From an uncultured Thermoplasmata archaeon (lineage in GTDB: Archaea > Thermoplasmatota > Thermoplasmata > Lutacidiplasmatales > UBA184), in assembly GCA_963771555.1 (NCBI GenBank), contig CAVYTM010000003.1:584465-648464 (forward strand): a stretch of 64,000 bases of DNA. Direction: 5' to 3'. Within the stretch, counting starts at the first letter, position 1; each line of letters opens with the position of its first letter. Made by a program: the position numbers and the translations under genes. Shown here piece after piece: positions 54,401-62,316 of the stretch. The notes below the pieces were generated by a model. The model was given only the letters and a program-made list of their open reading frames with translations. It did not search any database and was not told where the DNA came from.

Positions 54401-57400
54401 GCACCGAAACGGTGTACGACCCGGCGGCCGTGGGGGTACATGCCATGGTGGCACCCGTCGACGCCACGTTACAGCCGAAATTGGCGTTCGATTGGGTCCA
54501 CGTGTAGCTGTAACCGCCGCTGCCGCCGCTCGGGGTGGTCGTGAAGGTCACCGATTGGCCCACGTCGATGTGGCCCGAGGCAGCGGAAGGGCTGGGCGCG
54601 GTGAGCGAGGGAATCGTGTCCACGATGTAGTTCGACGAAGCTACGGTCGTCGAGTCGCCACCGTTCGAATCGGTCGCGAAGACCGAGACGGTGTACGTTC
54701 CGGCGACGGTGGGCGTGCAGGACATGGTGGTGACCGTCGACGCAATGTTGCAACCAAAGTTGACCGAAGACTGGATCCAGGCGTACGAGTAACCCCCACT
54801 TCCCCCACTGGCGCTGGTCGTGAAGGTGACGGATTGACCGACGTCGATCCCACCCGAGGCTTTCGACGGGCCGGGCACGGTGACGGTCGGGAGAGTATCG
54901 ACGACAAAGTTCGCAGACGCTACCGTGGTCGAGTGACCACCGTTCGAGTCAATGGCGAACACCGAGACGGTGTAAGTCCCCGCCAACGTTGGAGTGCAGA
55001 CAATGGTGGTGATCGTCGAGGCGACGTTGCAGCCGAAATTGCCCGACGACTGCGTCCAGGTGTAGGTGAAACCCCCGCTGCCGCCACTGGTGCTCGTGGT
55101 GAACGTGACCGACTGGCCCACGTCAACATGAGCGGAGATAGGGCTGGGGGTGGGAGTCGTGGTGGTCGGGAGCGCGTCGACAGTGAAACCCGCCGAGGCT
55201 ACAGTGGTCGAGTCGCCGCCGTTCGTGTCGGTCGCGAACACCGAGACGGTGTACGTTCCGGCGACGGTGGGCGTGCAGGACATCGTGGCGATCGTCGACG
55301 CCAGGTCGCAGCCGAAGTTGCCCGAGGACTGGACCCACGTGAAGGTATAGCCGCCAGATCCGCCGCTGGCGCTGGTCGTGAAGGTGACCGATTGACCCAC
55401 GTCGATATGGCCGGAAGCGAGAGAGGGGTTGGGCACAGTGACCGCCGGGATGGTTTCGACCGTGAAGCTGGACGAGGTCACCGTCGTCGAGTGCTTGCCA
55501 TTCGAGTCGGTGGCATGCACGGAGACGGTGTAGGTGCCCGCGACCGTGGGAGTGCACACCATGGTGGCGATCGTTGACGCCACGTTGCAACCAAAGTTGG
55601 GATCGGATTGTGTCCAGGTGTACGTGTATCCGCCGCTCCCGCCGCTCGTGCTCGTGGTATACGTGACCGATTGGCCCACATCGATGCCACCCGAGGCGAT
55701 GGAGGCGCTCGGCGCGGTAGCGACCGGGACCGTATCCACCACGTAGTTCGCAGAATTCACAGTAGTCGAGATGCCGCCGTTCGAGTCGGTGGCATACACG
55801 GAGACGGTGTACGTGCTGGCGACCGTGGGCGTGCAAGTGATCGTGTCGGTGGCCCCCAGCACGCAGCCAAAGTTGGGGGAGGATTGTGTCCAGGTGAAAG
55901 TGTAACCGCCACTGCCACCACTGGCGCTCGTGGTGAACGTAACCGACTGGCCCACGTCGATGTGGGTGGAGGCAGGGCTGGGCGCAGGAGTCGTGGCGGT
56001 CGGGAGCGTGTCGACCGTGAAGCTCGCTGACGCTACCGTTGTCGAGGAACCGCCGTTCGAGTCGGTGGAATTCACGGAGACAGTGTACGACCCGGCGACC
56101 GTGGGAGTGCAGGTGACCGTGTCGGTGGCCCCCAACACGCACCCGAAATTGGGGTCCGATTGGGTCCAGACGAAGGTGTACCCACCACTCCCGCCGCTGG
56201 CGCTGGTCGTGAACGTGACCGATTGGCCGACATCGATACCCGTCGAGGCGATCGAGGGATTGGGCGTCGTGACGGTGGGGACTGTGTCCACGACGAAACT
56301 CGCCGAGGTTTCCGTGGCTGAGGATACGCCGTTCGAATCAGTGGCGAACACCGAGACGGTGTAGGTCCCTGCCACCGTGGGAGTGCAGGCCATGGTAGTG
56401 GTGGTGGAGGCAACATTGCACCCGAAATTGGCGTCGGATTGGGTCCACGTGAAAGTGTACCCGCCCCTACCTCCGCTCGCGCTGGTCGTAAAAGTGACCG
56501 TTTGGCCCACGTCGATTCCGCTCGAGGCGATGGAGGGGGCTGGTGTGGTGGTAACCGGGACAGTGTGAACCAGGTAGCTCGCGGAAGTCACCGTGGTCGA
56601 GATGCCGCCGTTCGAGTCGGTAGCATTCACGGAGACAGTGTACGTCCCAGCGACCGTGGGAGTGCAGGTGATCGTGTGGGTAGCCCCCAATACGCAGCCG
56701 AAATTGGAGGATGATTGTGTCCAAGCGTAGGTGTAACCGCCGCTTCCACCGCTGGCGCTCGTCGTGAATGTGACCGCTTGACCTACGTCGATGTGTCCGG
56801 AGGCGAGAGACGGGCTAGGGGTCGTTGCGGTCGGCGACGTGTCCACAACATAGCTCGAGGAAGTTACCGTCGCCGAGGTCGCGCCGTTGGAGTCGGTGGC
56901 ATTCACGGAGACAGTGTACGACCCGGCGACCGTGGGAGTGCAGGTGATCGTGTCGGTGGCTCCCAACACGCATCCGAAATTGGGGTCCGATTGGGTCCAG
57001 GCGAAGGTGTACCCACCACTCCCGCCGCTGGCGCTGGTCGTGAACGTGACCGATTGACCGACATCGATACCCGTCGAGGCAATCGAGGGATTGGGCGTCG
57101 TGACGGTGGGGACTGTGTCCACGACGAAACTCGCCGAGGTTCCCGTGGCGGAGGATACGCCGTTCGTATCAGTGGCGGCTACCGAGACGGTGTACGGCCC
57201 TGCCACCGTCGGTGTGCACGCTATAGTGTCGACGGTGGAGGCCAGGTTACATCCGAAATCGGAGTCCGATTGGGTCCACGCGTAAGTGTACCCCCCACTT
57301 CCACCGCCCGCGCTGGTCGTGAAGGTGACCGTTTGCCCGACATCGATCAGTCCAGAGGTCGGGGAGGGGCTGGGTGTGCTCGTGGTGACCGGGACCGAGT

Positions 57401-58961
57401 AGACAACAAAGCTCGACAAGGTCTGCGATGCTGAGACTCCGCCATTGGAGTCGGTAGCATTCACTGAAACATCATAGGTACCCGCAGCCGGGTTCGGGCA
57501 TGTGATTGAATTCGTGATCGACGCCGCGCAGGCCAAGCCAACAGGCGTCGTCCACGCGTAGGTGTCCGTCCCGGGCGCCCCCAGCGTCGTGGAGGTGGAG
57601 AACGTGACGCTTTGGCCCGCATCAACGGAGCCCGGGCTCGGGCTGGGCGGGGTCGTGACCGGTAGGGCGTAAACTACGAAATTGGCAGAGATCTTGATGC
57701 TCGAAGTCACGCTGCTCGAGTCGGTAGCGAAAACCGACACGGTGTACGTTCCCGCGCCTGTGGGAGTGCACGTGGTCAGGTTGGTCGTACCCAAGGTACA
57801 TCCGAAGTTGGGGTCGGACTGGGTCCAGGTGTAGGTATAACCGCCGGTCCCGCCGCTGGCGTTCGTCGTGAAGTTGACCGATTGGCCAACGTCGATCAGG
57901 CCGGAGATTGGAACGGGGCTCGGGGTGGTGGTCTCCACTTTCTGGACCACGGCGTCTTGAATGAACGCCCAATCGGCGGGCGATGCCAGAGTGGCGGTCA
58001 GTCCCTGGCTCCCTGTGGTCGAGGTTGGGGGCCCGTTCAGAGCGGCTGCCGTCGTGTTCGTCGTTCCGACCTGATTGATGATAGAGGCCGACGAGCTGAC
58101 CGCCCCACCGGTGGACTCGGTCCCGAGGAGTCCGATTACCATGTCGTTGGAGTCTGCGGTCGTGAAGGGCGTCGCAGCCACCGAGGGACCCGTCCCGGTG
58201 TTATCCGACGGTATCCCCGCTCCCGCGTCGAAAGGATTGCCGTTGTCCACATTCGCGATAGCGAATACGACGGCGGTAGCGTCCGTAGGTGCGCCCGTGT
58301 ACGTGAAGGTGACCGTGTCGGGGCCACTGTGGATGCCACTCAGCGCGTAATACTCGGTCTCGCTGATTGACCCATTCGGTATCGTTACGGCCGACCCTCG
58401 CAAATTCCAGGTAAGGCCGAAAGTGTCCGAGACCACCGGAGAGACGGGGGTCCCTCCGTTGCTGGTGACCGCAGCTACCAGCAGGTCGTGGGTGATCGCG
58501 GTCGTGAGTAGAACGGTGAACGTGAGGCCCGTAGACCATTCTCCGGCCCCGTTTCCATCGATCGTCAGCGGGCTGGGACCCGGAGGTGGATCTGAACCTG
58601 CCAGGGGGAGGTGGCTACCAGAGGCCGTGGGTTGACTAGAACGCGCGTCGGGGCCAGGACCATTCGATATGAGAAACGCCGTAGAGGGCGCGAGCGCGAG
58701 TTGAGCGCCGGAAGGGGCTGCCGAAGGTGAGGCTTGAACAGTAATCGGACCCGAAGTGACCGACCCTCCGGCCGATGGGCTTCCGACCGTCACCGTGTAG
58801 CTGGTCAGGGCGACCGAGGGTGCCGGACTGCCTCCGGAGGATGTAGCCGGTGGGACAACCACAGCGTAAGCGGCAGCGATCGGGGCGCCCAACATGATGA
58901 GGGCGACGATCGCGACCAGCCAAACGCCACGGCCGCGTGGAGACCGAAGGAGGGGTTTCAT
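48492..58961 (-). CDS. Giant (3489 aa) type I membrane surface protein / adhesin-like, 31 Ig-like modules
   Basis: Signal peptide; ~340-aa N-terminal beta domain; 22 PKD-like modules; 9 further Ig-like modules; a C-terminal helix (LWIYLVIAVVVLLALILVALVVL); RRRRPRP and a ~110-aa Pro-rich then acidic cytoplasmic tail. Confidence 0.9.
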   Translation of the reverse strand: MKPLLRSPRGRGVWLVAIVALIMLGAPIAAAYAVVVPPATSSGGSPAPSVALTSYTVTVGSPSAGGSVTSGPITVQASPSAAPSGAQLALAPSTAFLISNGPGPDARSSQPTASGSHLPLAGSDPPPGPSPLTIDGNGAGEWSTGLTFTVLLTTAITHDLLVAAVTSNGGTPVSPVVSDTFGLTWNLRGSAVTIPNGSISETEYYALSGIHSGPDTVTFTYTGAPTDATAVVFAIANVDNGNPFDAGAGIPSDNTGTGPSVAATPFTTADSNDMVIGLLGTESTGGAVSSSASIINQVGTTNTTAAALNGPPTSTTGSQGLTATLASPADWAFIQDAVVQKVETTTPSPVPISGLIDVGQSVNFTTNASGGTGGYTYTWTQSDPNFGCTLGTTNLTTCTPTGAGTYTVSVFATDSSSVTSSIKISANFVVYALPVTTPPSPSPGSVDAGQSVTFSTSTTLGAPGTDTYAWTTPVGLACAASITNSITCPNPAAGTYDVSVNATDSNGGVSASQTLSSFVVYSVPVTTSTPSPSPTSGLIDVGQTVTFTTSAGGGSGGYTYAWTQSDSDFGCNLASTVDTIACTPTVAGPYTVSVAATDTNGVSSATGTSASFVVDTVPTVTTPNPSIASTGIDVGQSVTFTTSASGGSGGYTFAWTQSDPNFGCVLGATDTITCTPTVAGSYTVSVNATDSNGATSATVTSSSYVVDTSPTATTPSPSLASGHIDVGQAVTFTTSASGGSGGYTYAWTQSSSNFGCVLGATHTITCTPTVAGTYTVSVNATDSNGGISTTVTSASYLVHTVPVTTTPAPSIASSGIDVGQTVTFTTSASGGRGGYTFTWTQSDANFGCNVASTTTTMACTPTVAGTYTVSVFATDSNGVSSATETSASFVVDTVPTVTTPNPSIASTGIDVGQSVTFTTSASGGSGGYTFVWTQSDPNFGCVLGATDTVTCTPTVAGSYTVSVNSTDSNGGSSTTVASASFTVDTLPTATTPAPSPASTHIDVGQSVTFTTSASGGSGGYTFTWTQSSPNFGCVLGATDTITCTPTVASTYTVSVYATDSNGGISTTVNSANYVVDTVPVATAPSASIASGGIDVGQSVTYTTSTSGGSGGYTYTWTQSDPNFGCNVASTIATMVCTPTVAGTYTVSVHATDSNGKHSTTVTSSSFTVETIPAVTVPNPSLASGHIDVGQSVTFTTSASGGSGGYTFTWVQSSGNFGCDLASTIATMSCTPTVAGTYTVSVFATDTNGGDSTTVASAGFTVDALPTTTTPTPSPISAHVDVGQSVTFTTSTSGGSGGFTYTWTQSSGNFGCNVASTITTIVCTPTLAGTYTVSVFAIDSNGGHSTTVASANFVVDTLPTVTVPGPSKASGGIDVGQSVTFTTSASGGSGGYSYAWIQSSVNFGCNIASTVTTMSCTPTVAGTYTVSVFATDSNGGDSTTVASSNYIVDTIPSLTAPSPSAASGHIDVGQSVTFTTTPSGGSGGYSYTWTQSNANFGCNVASTGATMACTPTAAGSYTVSVHAADSNGGTSTTVTSASFTVDSLPAATTPGPSPASAHIDVGQSVTFTSSASGGSGGYTYTWTQSSGNFGCNLASSVDTISCIPTIAGSYTVSVFATDSNGGNSPTVASASYVVDTIPTVTAPGPSVASGGIDVGQSVTFTTSVSGGSGGTTYTWTQSSVNFGCDVASTVATMSCTPTVAGTYTVSVFATDTNGGDSTTVPSSSFTVDSLPATTTPGPSLASAHIDVGQSVTFTTSASGGSGGFTYTWTQSSGSFGCNVASTSTTMVCTPTLAGTYTVSVFAVDSNGGHSTTVASANFVVDTLPTVTVPGPSVSSGGIDVSQSVTFTTSASGGRAGYTYTWTQSSANFGCNLASTTSTVSCTPTVAGTYTVSVFAADANGGQSTTIASASYVVDTIPSVTVPGPSISSGGIDVGQSVTFTTTPSGGNGGYTFTWTQSSGNFGCNVASTIASITCIPTVAGTYTVSVFAVDTNGGNSATVASSSFTVDTLPTVAVPSPSVSSGSIDVGQSLTFTTSASGGSGGYTFTWTESSGNFGCNLASSVSTISCTPTVAGSYTVSVFATDTNSVASATQTSASFVVDTLPTVTTPSPSPTSAHIDVGQSVTFTTSVSGGSGGTTFTWTQSSANFGCNLAATTTTMSCIPTVAGTYTVSVFATDSNDGTSAVLTSANYVVDTLPAVTTPAPSLASGHVDVGQSVTFTTSASGGSGGYTYTWTQTSGNFGCNVASTTDTLACTPTVAGTYTVSVHTTDSNGGLSTTVASSSFTVDTLPTATTPAPSVASDHLDVGQPVTFTTSASGGSGGFTYTWTQSSANLGCNLASTAATMACTPTIGGTYTVSVFAIDSNGGHSVTVASSNYIVNSALTAPAAPTPSVTSLDADQAMTVTGTLASTGTTPYSWQWMVSVNGGTYGSAATFCTMSGGSGASGGTMETCAIPGNSLSASTSYNFRLQVTDSATTEQVVLSAASATITTSSALTAGTPTPTISVLDNGQSITLTANPSGGSTLYTAFQWYSGASGPACLSLSSPIGGAVSSTYLAAPTTPTYYCYNVTDSNSDNATSAVTEVTVNTALTAPATPTVSATLLDADQPLTVHGTIPTTGTPTYSWQWLVSINAGTDVASTVCVVNSGVGATGAAAETCLIPAHTLVAGDTYGFELQVTDSATNPETVISTTSSTATVSSALATPATPTPSAAKLDVNQALVVSGTIPTTGTSTYAWQWLIAVNGGGFVDATQCAANSGIGASSGVPETCSVAASALTVGDTYSFSLMVTDSATTPETQSSAGSSTVAVSSALTPAGTPTISAPALDADQVLTVTGTLPSTGTSSYSWQWLVSVNGGGYSTAVECTVASGGGATAGATEACTVSSGTLTAGDSYSFELKVTDGASAPETQKSFASSGVSVSTALTAPVKPALSATGLDADQALTVTGSTPTNGTASYSWLWLSSVNGGAFADATQCAVGSGSGASGGAAENCVIAANTLVVKDNYAFQLEVTDSASTPEVATSSATSTLTVNSALTGASAPTASAAMLDVNQALTVMGTIPSTGTPTYSWHWLFAVNGGSFSVAAVCTVSSGAGATSGATESCAIAPNLLTAGSTYTFELRISDSASAAETATSGSSSAVVANSALSVSTPTPSSPTLDAGQSITLTATASGGASGYGYQWYSGASASACNSLGSPLSGATSATYLATPTSTTYYCYTATDSASTPETSSASAAVAVTVNPALTAPTPPASSATQLNNNQALTITGTIPSSGTPDYAWQWLVSVNGGGFDSATQCAVNGGTGAAAGATETCTIPANTLTSGDTYSFQLQVTDGASSPVTTTSAATPAVSVTSPSSSSSLWIYLVIAVVVLLALILVALVVLRRRRPRPAAAPPMQVWQEEPSPPMGAPIGPAPDYLEMPEDVGHAGPSLVPVPTGGVPVTPPVPPPGAEGEPDIDALMAELDKISGEILKKPSKVPKDAEGEDLSEEEEKSS
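48925..51831 (-). repeat. 9 tandem ~105-110-aa Ig-like modules of two subtypes
   Basis: Seven units are of type LDADQxLTVTGTxPxTGTxxYSWQWLxSVNGG...C...E.C.I....L..GD.Y.F.L.VTDSA. Two units are of type LDxGQSITLTAxxSGG...QWYSGAS..C......TYYCY..TDS. Confidence 0.85.
51832..57935 (-). repeat. 22 tandem PKD-like modules of 92-93 aa (276-279 bp)
   Basis: Each unit reads IDVGQSVTFTTSASGGSGGYTYTWTQSxxNFGCxxxxTxxTxxCTPTVAGTYTVSVxATDSNG with a conserved Cys pair. Higher-order repeats occur at offsets of 831 bp and 1395 bp. Confidence 0.9.
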
Positions 58962-59260
58962 CGATCCCCCGGGCCAGAATGCGATGGGCCTCTCGCCATT
59001 ACTGCGTCGGAGTGGCGACCTGATTCCTGTTGACGGGCGTCAAGCGCGGTGAACAACATTTTAGACCCTCTCCTGCATTTGATTCCTTCGTCGCCCGCTT
59101 GTCGGCGCCCCTCCCCCCGCCAAGTCGCAGGGTGAGGAGACGACGATTCGATTCGAAACCGATGAGGGCGGCCATTAAGCTTTCCCGGAAGGGCCGTTCG
59201 TATAACTTTCGATGTCGTTTAAGGTAAGTAAAGCACTACCTGTAGAATAAGTGAAAGAAG

Positions 59261-59479
59261 ATGTCGAACGTTACCTTCGCCATTCCCGAGGAGCTACACC
59301 GAGAGATGCGAGCCCACCCGGAGGTCAAATGGGCTGAAGTTGCGAGGACAGCATTTCGTGACCACCTGGACAAGCTCCAACTCTACGATCACCTCCTCAA
59401 GTCCTCCAAACTGACCCAGGCAGACGCGGTCCGCCTTGGCCGCGAGATCCGTCAGTCGGCCTCGACGCGGCCAAAGTGA
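59261..59479 (+). CDS. Small ribbon-helix-helix/antitoxin-like DNA-binding protein (orphan)
   Basis: 72 aa. MSNVTFAIPEELHREMRAHPEVKWAEVARTAFRDHL resembles archaeal CopG/VapB-like RHH proteins. No adjacent toxin gene. Preceded by an AT-rich spacer. Confidence 0.45.
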   Translation: MSNVTFAIPEELHREMRAHPEVKWAEVARTAFRDHLDKLQLYDHLLKSSKLTQADAVRLGREIRQSASTRPK

Positions 59480-59633
59480 CAGCGTAATGCACCGTCGAGA
59501 CTGGGATTCTGCCGAACGAACGAAAGGCGCCCTCGTTGCCGGGTCACTCGGGGCAATTGCACTTGCACGCACCCACGATGGCGCAGGGGCGTCGTGACCC
59601 TCGTCCCAAATAGTTCGCGGTGATGCCTCCCGC

Positions 59634-60566
59634 GTGGCGGGTGAACTGCTCCGGGCCGATGCCGTCACGAAGCGATTCGACACGGTCGAGGCGCTCACGA
59701 GCCTCTCGGTAGAACTGACGCCGGGGACGATCGGGCTGGTCGGCCCGAACGGGTCCGGAAAGACCACTCTCTTGCGGCTCCTCCTCGGTCTCATACCTCC
59801 CACCTCGGGCAGCCTCTCGGTGATGGGCCGAGACCCGCAGCAGGTGCCGCTCCTCGTCCGGGAGCAGGTTGGATACATGCCCGAGCACGACTGCCTCATG
59901 CCCGACCTCAGCGGCGTGGGCTTCGTTGCCTACATGGGGAGGGTGAGCGGGCTCCCGCGGGAGACCGCCATGAGCCGGGCCCATGAAGTGCTCGAGTTCG
60001 TTGGCCTCAAGGAACAACGGTACCGGAAGATTCGAGAGTATTCGGTCGGGATGCGGCAGCGGGTCAAACTGGCCCAAGCGATTGTGCACGACCCCCCGCT
60101 CTGCCTCCTAGACGAGCCCACGTCGGGCCTCGACCCGGAGGGCCGAGAAGAGATGCTGGGACTCGTCGCGGCCCTGGCCCGGCTGGGGGGCCGAAGCTTC
60201 GTTCTCTCCACGCATCTTCTGCCGGACACCGAGGGCCTCGTCGATCAGGTTCTACTGCTCAACGAGGGGAAACTCCTCGCCGCCGGACCGGTGGCCACTC
60301 TCCTTTCGAGCCGGACCCCAGAGACGGTCGTGCGGATCCGGGGGGACGCCCTCGGATATGTCGCCGCCCTCTCCCGACGGGGAATCGAGGCCCGACCCCA
60401 GGGAACGGAGCTCCGAGTTGTCCTGCCCTCCGGCGATACCCGCCCGGTCTTCGAGGCGGCAAACGAAACGCAGGCGCAGGTCCGTTATCTTGGCCCTTCG
60501 GTCCGTACGATCGAGGACTTGTTCCTGTCGCTGGTGGAAGAAGCGCCCGGGAGTCCGGCCCCATGA
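59634..60566 (+). CDS. ABC transporter ATP-binding protein (1 of 2)
   Basis: Walker A GPNGSGKT, signature YSVGMRQR, Walker B LCLLDEP, plus a ~90-aa C-terminal extra domain. GTG start. Confidence 0.9.
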   Translation: MAGELLRADAVTKRFDTVEALTSLSVELTPGTIGLVGPNGSGKTTLLRLLLGLIPPTSGSLSVMGRDPQQVPLLVREQVGYMPEHDCLMPDLSGVGFVAYMGRVSGLPRETAMSRAHEVLEFVGLKEQRYRKIREYSVGMRQRVKLAQAIVHDPPLCLLDEPTSGLDPEGREEMLGLVAALARLGGRSFVLSTHLLPDTEGLVDQVLLLNEGKLLAAGPVATLLSSRTPETVVRIRGDALGYVAALSRRGIEARPQGTELRVVLPSGDTRPVFEAANETQAQVRYLGPSVRTIEDLFLSLVEEAPGSPAP

Positions 60567-61390
60567 GCATCGCGGCCCCCCGATACGGCGCGACCTCGGT
60601 CGTGAGGCTGGGACGCGTCCATCGAACGCTCGCGATTGTTCGCCGGGAGCTCCTCCGCCGTGCGGGGTTGGGTACGTGGCTGGTAGTCGCGCTGACGTAC
60701 CTCGCCGTGACTTTAATCATCACGATCAACACCCAATTCGCTTCGCTGGTCGGCACCCTCACGCTTTCGACCTTTGAAACTCCGTACGCGTCGCCCGCGT
60801 GGCCATTTCTCATGCTCATCGTGGCGACGTCGGTGGGCGCAGGTAGCCTTGCCGAGGACGTGGGAAATCGCTCCATCACGCTCTACCTTTCCCGTCCGAT
60901 CCGCCGAATCGACTACCTCGCGGCGAAGACGGCCGCTACGGGGAGCTGGATCGTGATCGCAGCCGTGGGGCCCGGCTTGGCTGGGCTCGCGATCGTTCTC
61001 GTGCTTGGTTGGGCTCCCGCGTCGCTCGTCCTCACGGGTGCCGGCGCGTTCCTGGCGGTCGGCCTTCTGGCGTCGATCTTCTTCACCGGCCTGGCCCTGG
61101 CGCTCTCCTCGCTCACGACCCGCAGCCTCTACGCAGGGGTCGGCATCTTTGGCGTGGTCCTCTCGCTCGAGATCGCTGCCCCGATCGTCTCGGGACTCAC
61201 GGGCAACACGACCGTCGCCTACACGAGCCCCATCACGGACATTCTGAGCGTGGCCCAAAGTGCGTTCGGGATCTCTGGCCCCTACGCGACCGACCCTCTC
61301 ACCTCGGCGGCCATTCTGTCGTTCGCGGGAGCGTTCCTCGCGGTCTTCGCCGGTTGGCGGATTTCCCGAGTGGAGGTGGTCGGGGAATGA
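60563..61390 (+). CDS. ABC-2-type permease (1 of 2)
   Basis: 275 aa, about 6 helices. ATGA overlap with the upstream stop. Confidence 0.7.
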   Translation: MSIAAPRYGATSVVRLGRVHRTLAIVRRELLRRAGLGTWLVVALTYLAVTLIITINTQFASLVGTLTLSTFETPYASPAWPFLMLIVATSVGAGSLAEDVGNRSITLYLSRPIRRIDYLAAKTAATGSWIVIAAVGPGLAGLAIVLVLGWAPASLVLTGAGAFLAVGLLASIFFTGLALALSSLTTRSLYAGVGIFGVVLSLEIAAPIVSGLTGNTTVAYTSPITDILSVAQSAFGISGPYATDPLTSAAILSFAGAFLAVFAGWRISRVEVVGE

Positions 61391-62316
61391 CGGGGGTCGT
61401 CGATGCGGAGTCGGTCACCAAGCGCTACGGGGAGGTGCTTGGACTGAACGGGTTCACCGCGTCGTTCCCGGCAGGGATCACGGGACTTGTCGGACCGAAC
61501 GGGGCCGGCAAGTCGACCCTCTTCCGCCTGCTCGCCGGACAGCTACGGGCCGACGCCGGGTCGTTGACCCTCCTTGGTTTCCCGGCGTGGGGCCAGGGGG
61601 AGTTCCGGCGACGTGTGGGGTACTGCCCGGAGCATGCTTCCCTCTTCGATTGGATGACCGGGCTCGACTTCGTCTCGACCCTGTTGCGGGTGGACGGGTT
61701 CTCTCGGCCGGAGGCGCTTGAGCAAGCCGCCCGGGCGATCGAGACGGTGGGTCTCACGGAGGCCCGCGACCGTCGGATGAAGGCGTACAGTAAGGGGATG
61801 CGTCAACGGATCAAGCTCGCCCAATGCATCGCCCACGAGCCGCAGCTCATCCTGCTGGACGAGCCGCTGAACGGGGTCGACCCGGTGGGGCGCGCGCAGC
61901 TGAGCGCCCTGATGCGCCAGCTGAGCGCGACCGGTCATCACCTGATCGTCAGCTCGCACGTCCTCTACGAGGTCGAGCGGTTGACGGAACAGATCGTGAT
62001 GATCGCGCACGGGCAAGCGATCGCCCAGGGAGACCTTCACCGGATCCGCGACCTCATCGACTCTCGGCCCCACATGGTCGACCTCGAGACCCCGGACCCT
62101 CGCGGACTCGCCCGACTCCTCGGCGCCTGGGATCACATCGTCTCGATCGAGTTCACCGGCCCCGAGAAGCTTCGGGTGCTAACCCGTTCCCCGGACGCGT
62201 TCTACGCGGCCCTCCCGGCCCTCGTCGTGACAGAGAAACTCACCGTCCGCTCCGTCCACAGTGCCGACGACAACCTGGACGCGGTGTTCCGCTACCTTGC
62301 AGGAGGTGGGCGGTGA
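61387..62316 (+). CDS. ABC transporter ATP-binding protein (2 of 2)
   Basis: Walker A GPNGAGKS, signature YSKGMRQR, Walker B LILLDEP, plus a C-terminal extra domain. ATGA overlap. The tracked start 61009 lies inside the permease gene. Confidence 0.9.
   Translation: MTGVVDAESVTKRYGEVLGLNGFTASFPAGITGLVGPNGAGKSTLFRLLAGQLRADAGSLTLLGFPAWGQGEFRRRVGYCPEHASLFDWMTGLDFVSTLLRVDGFSRPEALEQAARAIETVGLTEARDRRMKAYSKGMRQRIKLAQCIAHEPQLILLDEPLNGVDPVGRAQLSALMRQLSATGHHLIVSSHVLYEVERLTEQIVMIAHGQAIAQGDLHRIRDLIDSRPHMVDLETPDPRGLARLLGAWDHIVSIEFTGPEKLRVLTRSPDAFYAALPALVVTEKLTVRSVHSADDNLDAVFRYLAGGGR

Noticed and set aside
51832-57935. Regular tandem DNA repeats that could be mistaken for a CRISPR array
   Set aside because: The period is 276-279 bp, not 60-75 bp. 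There is no short conserved repeat with unique spacers, the region is one uninterrupted reading frame encoding PKD-like modules, and no cas genes are present.
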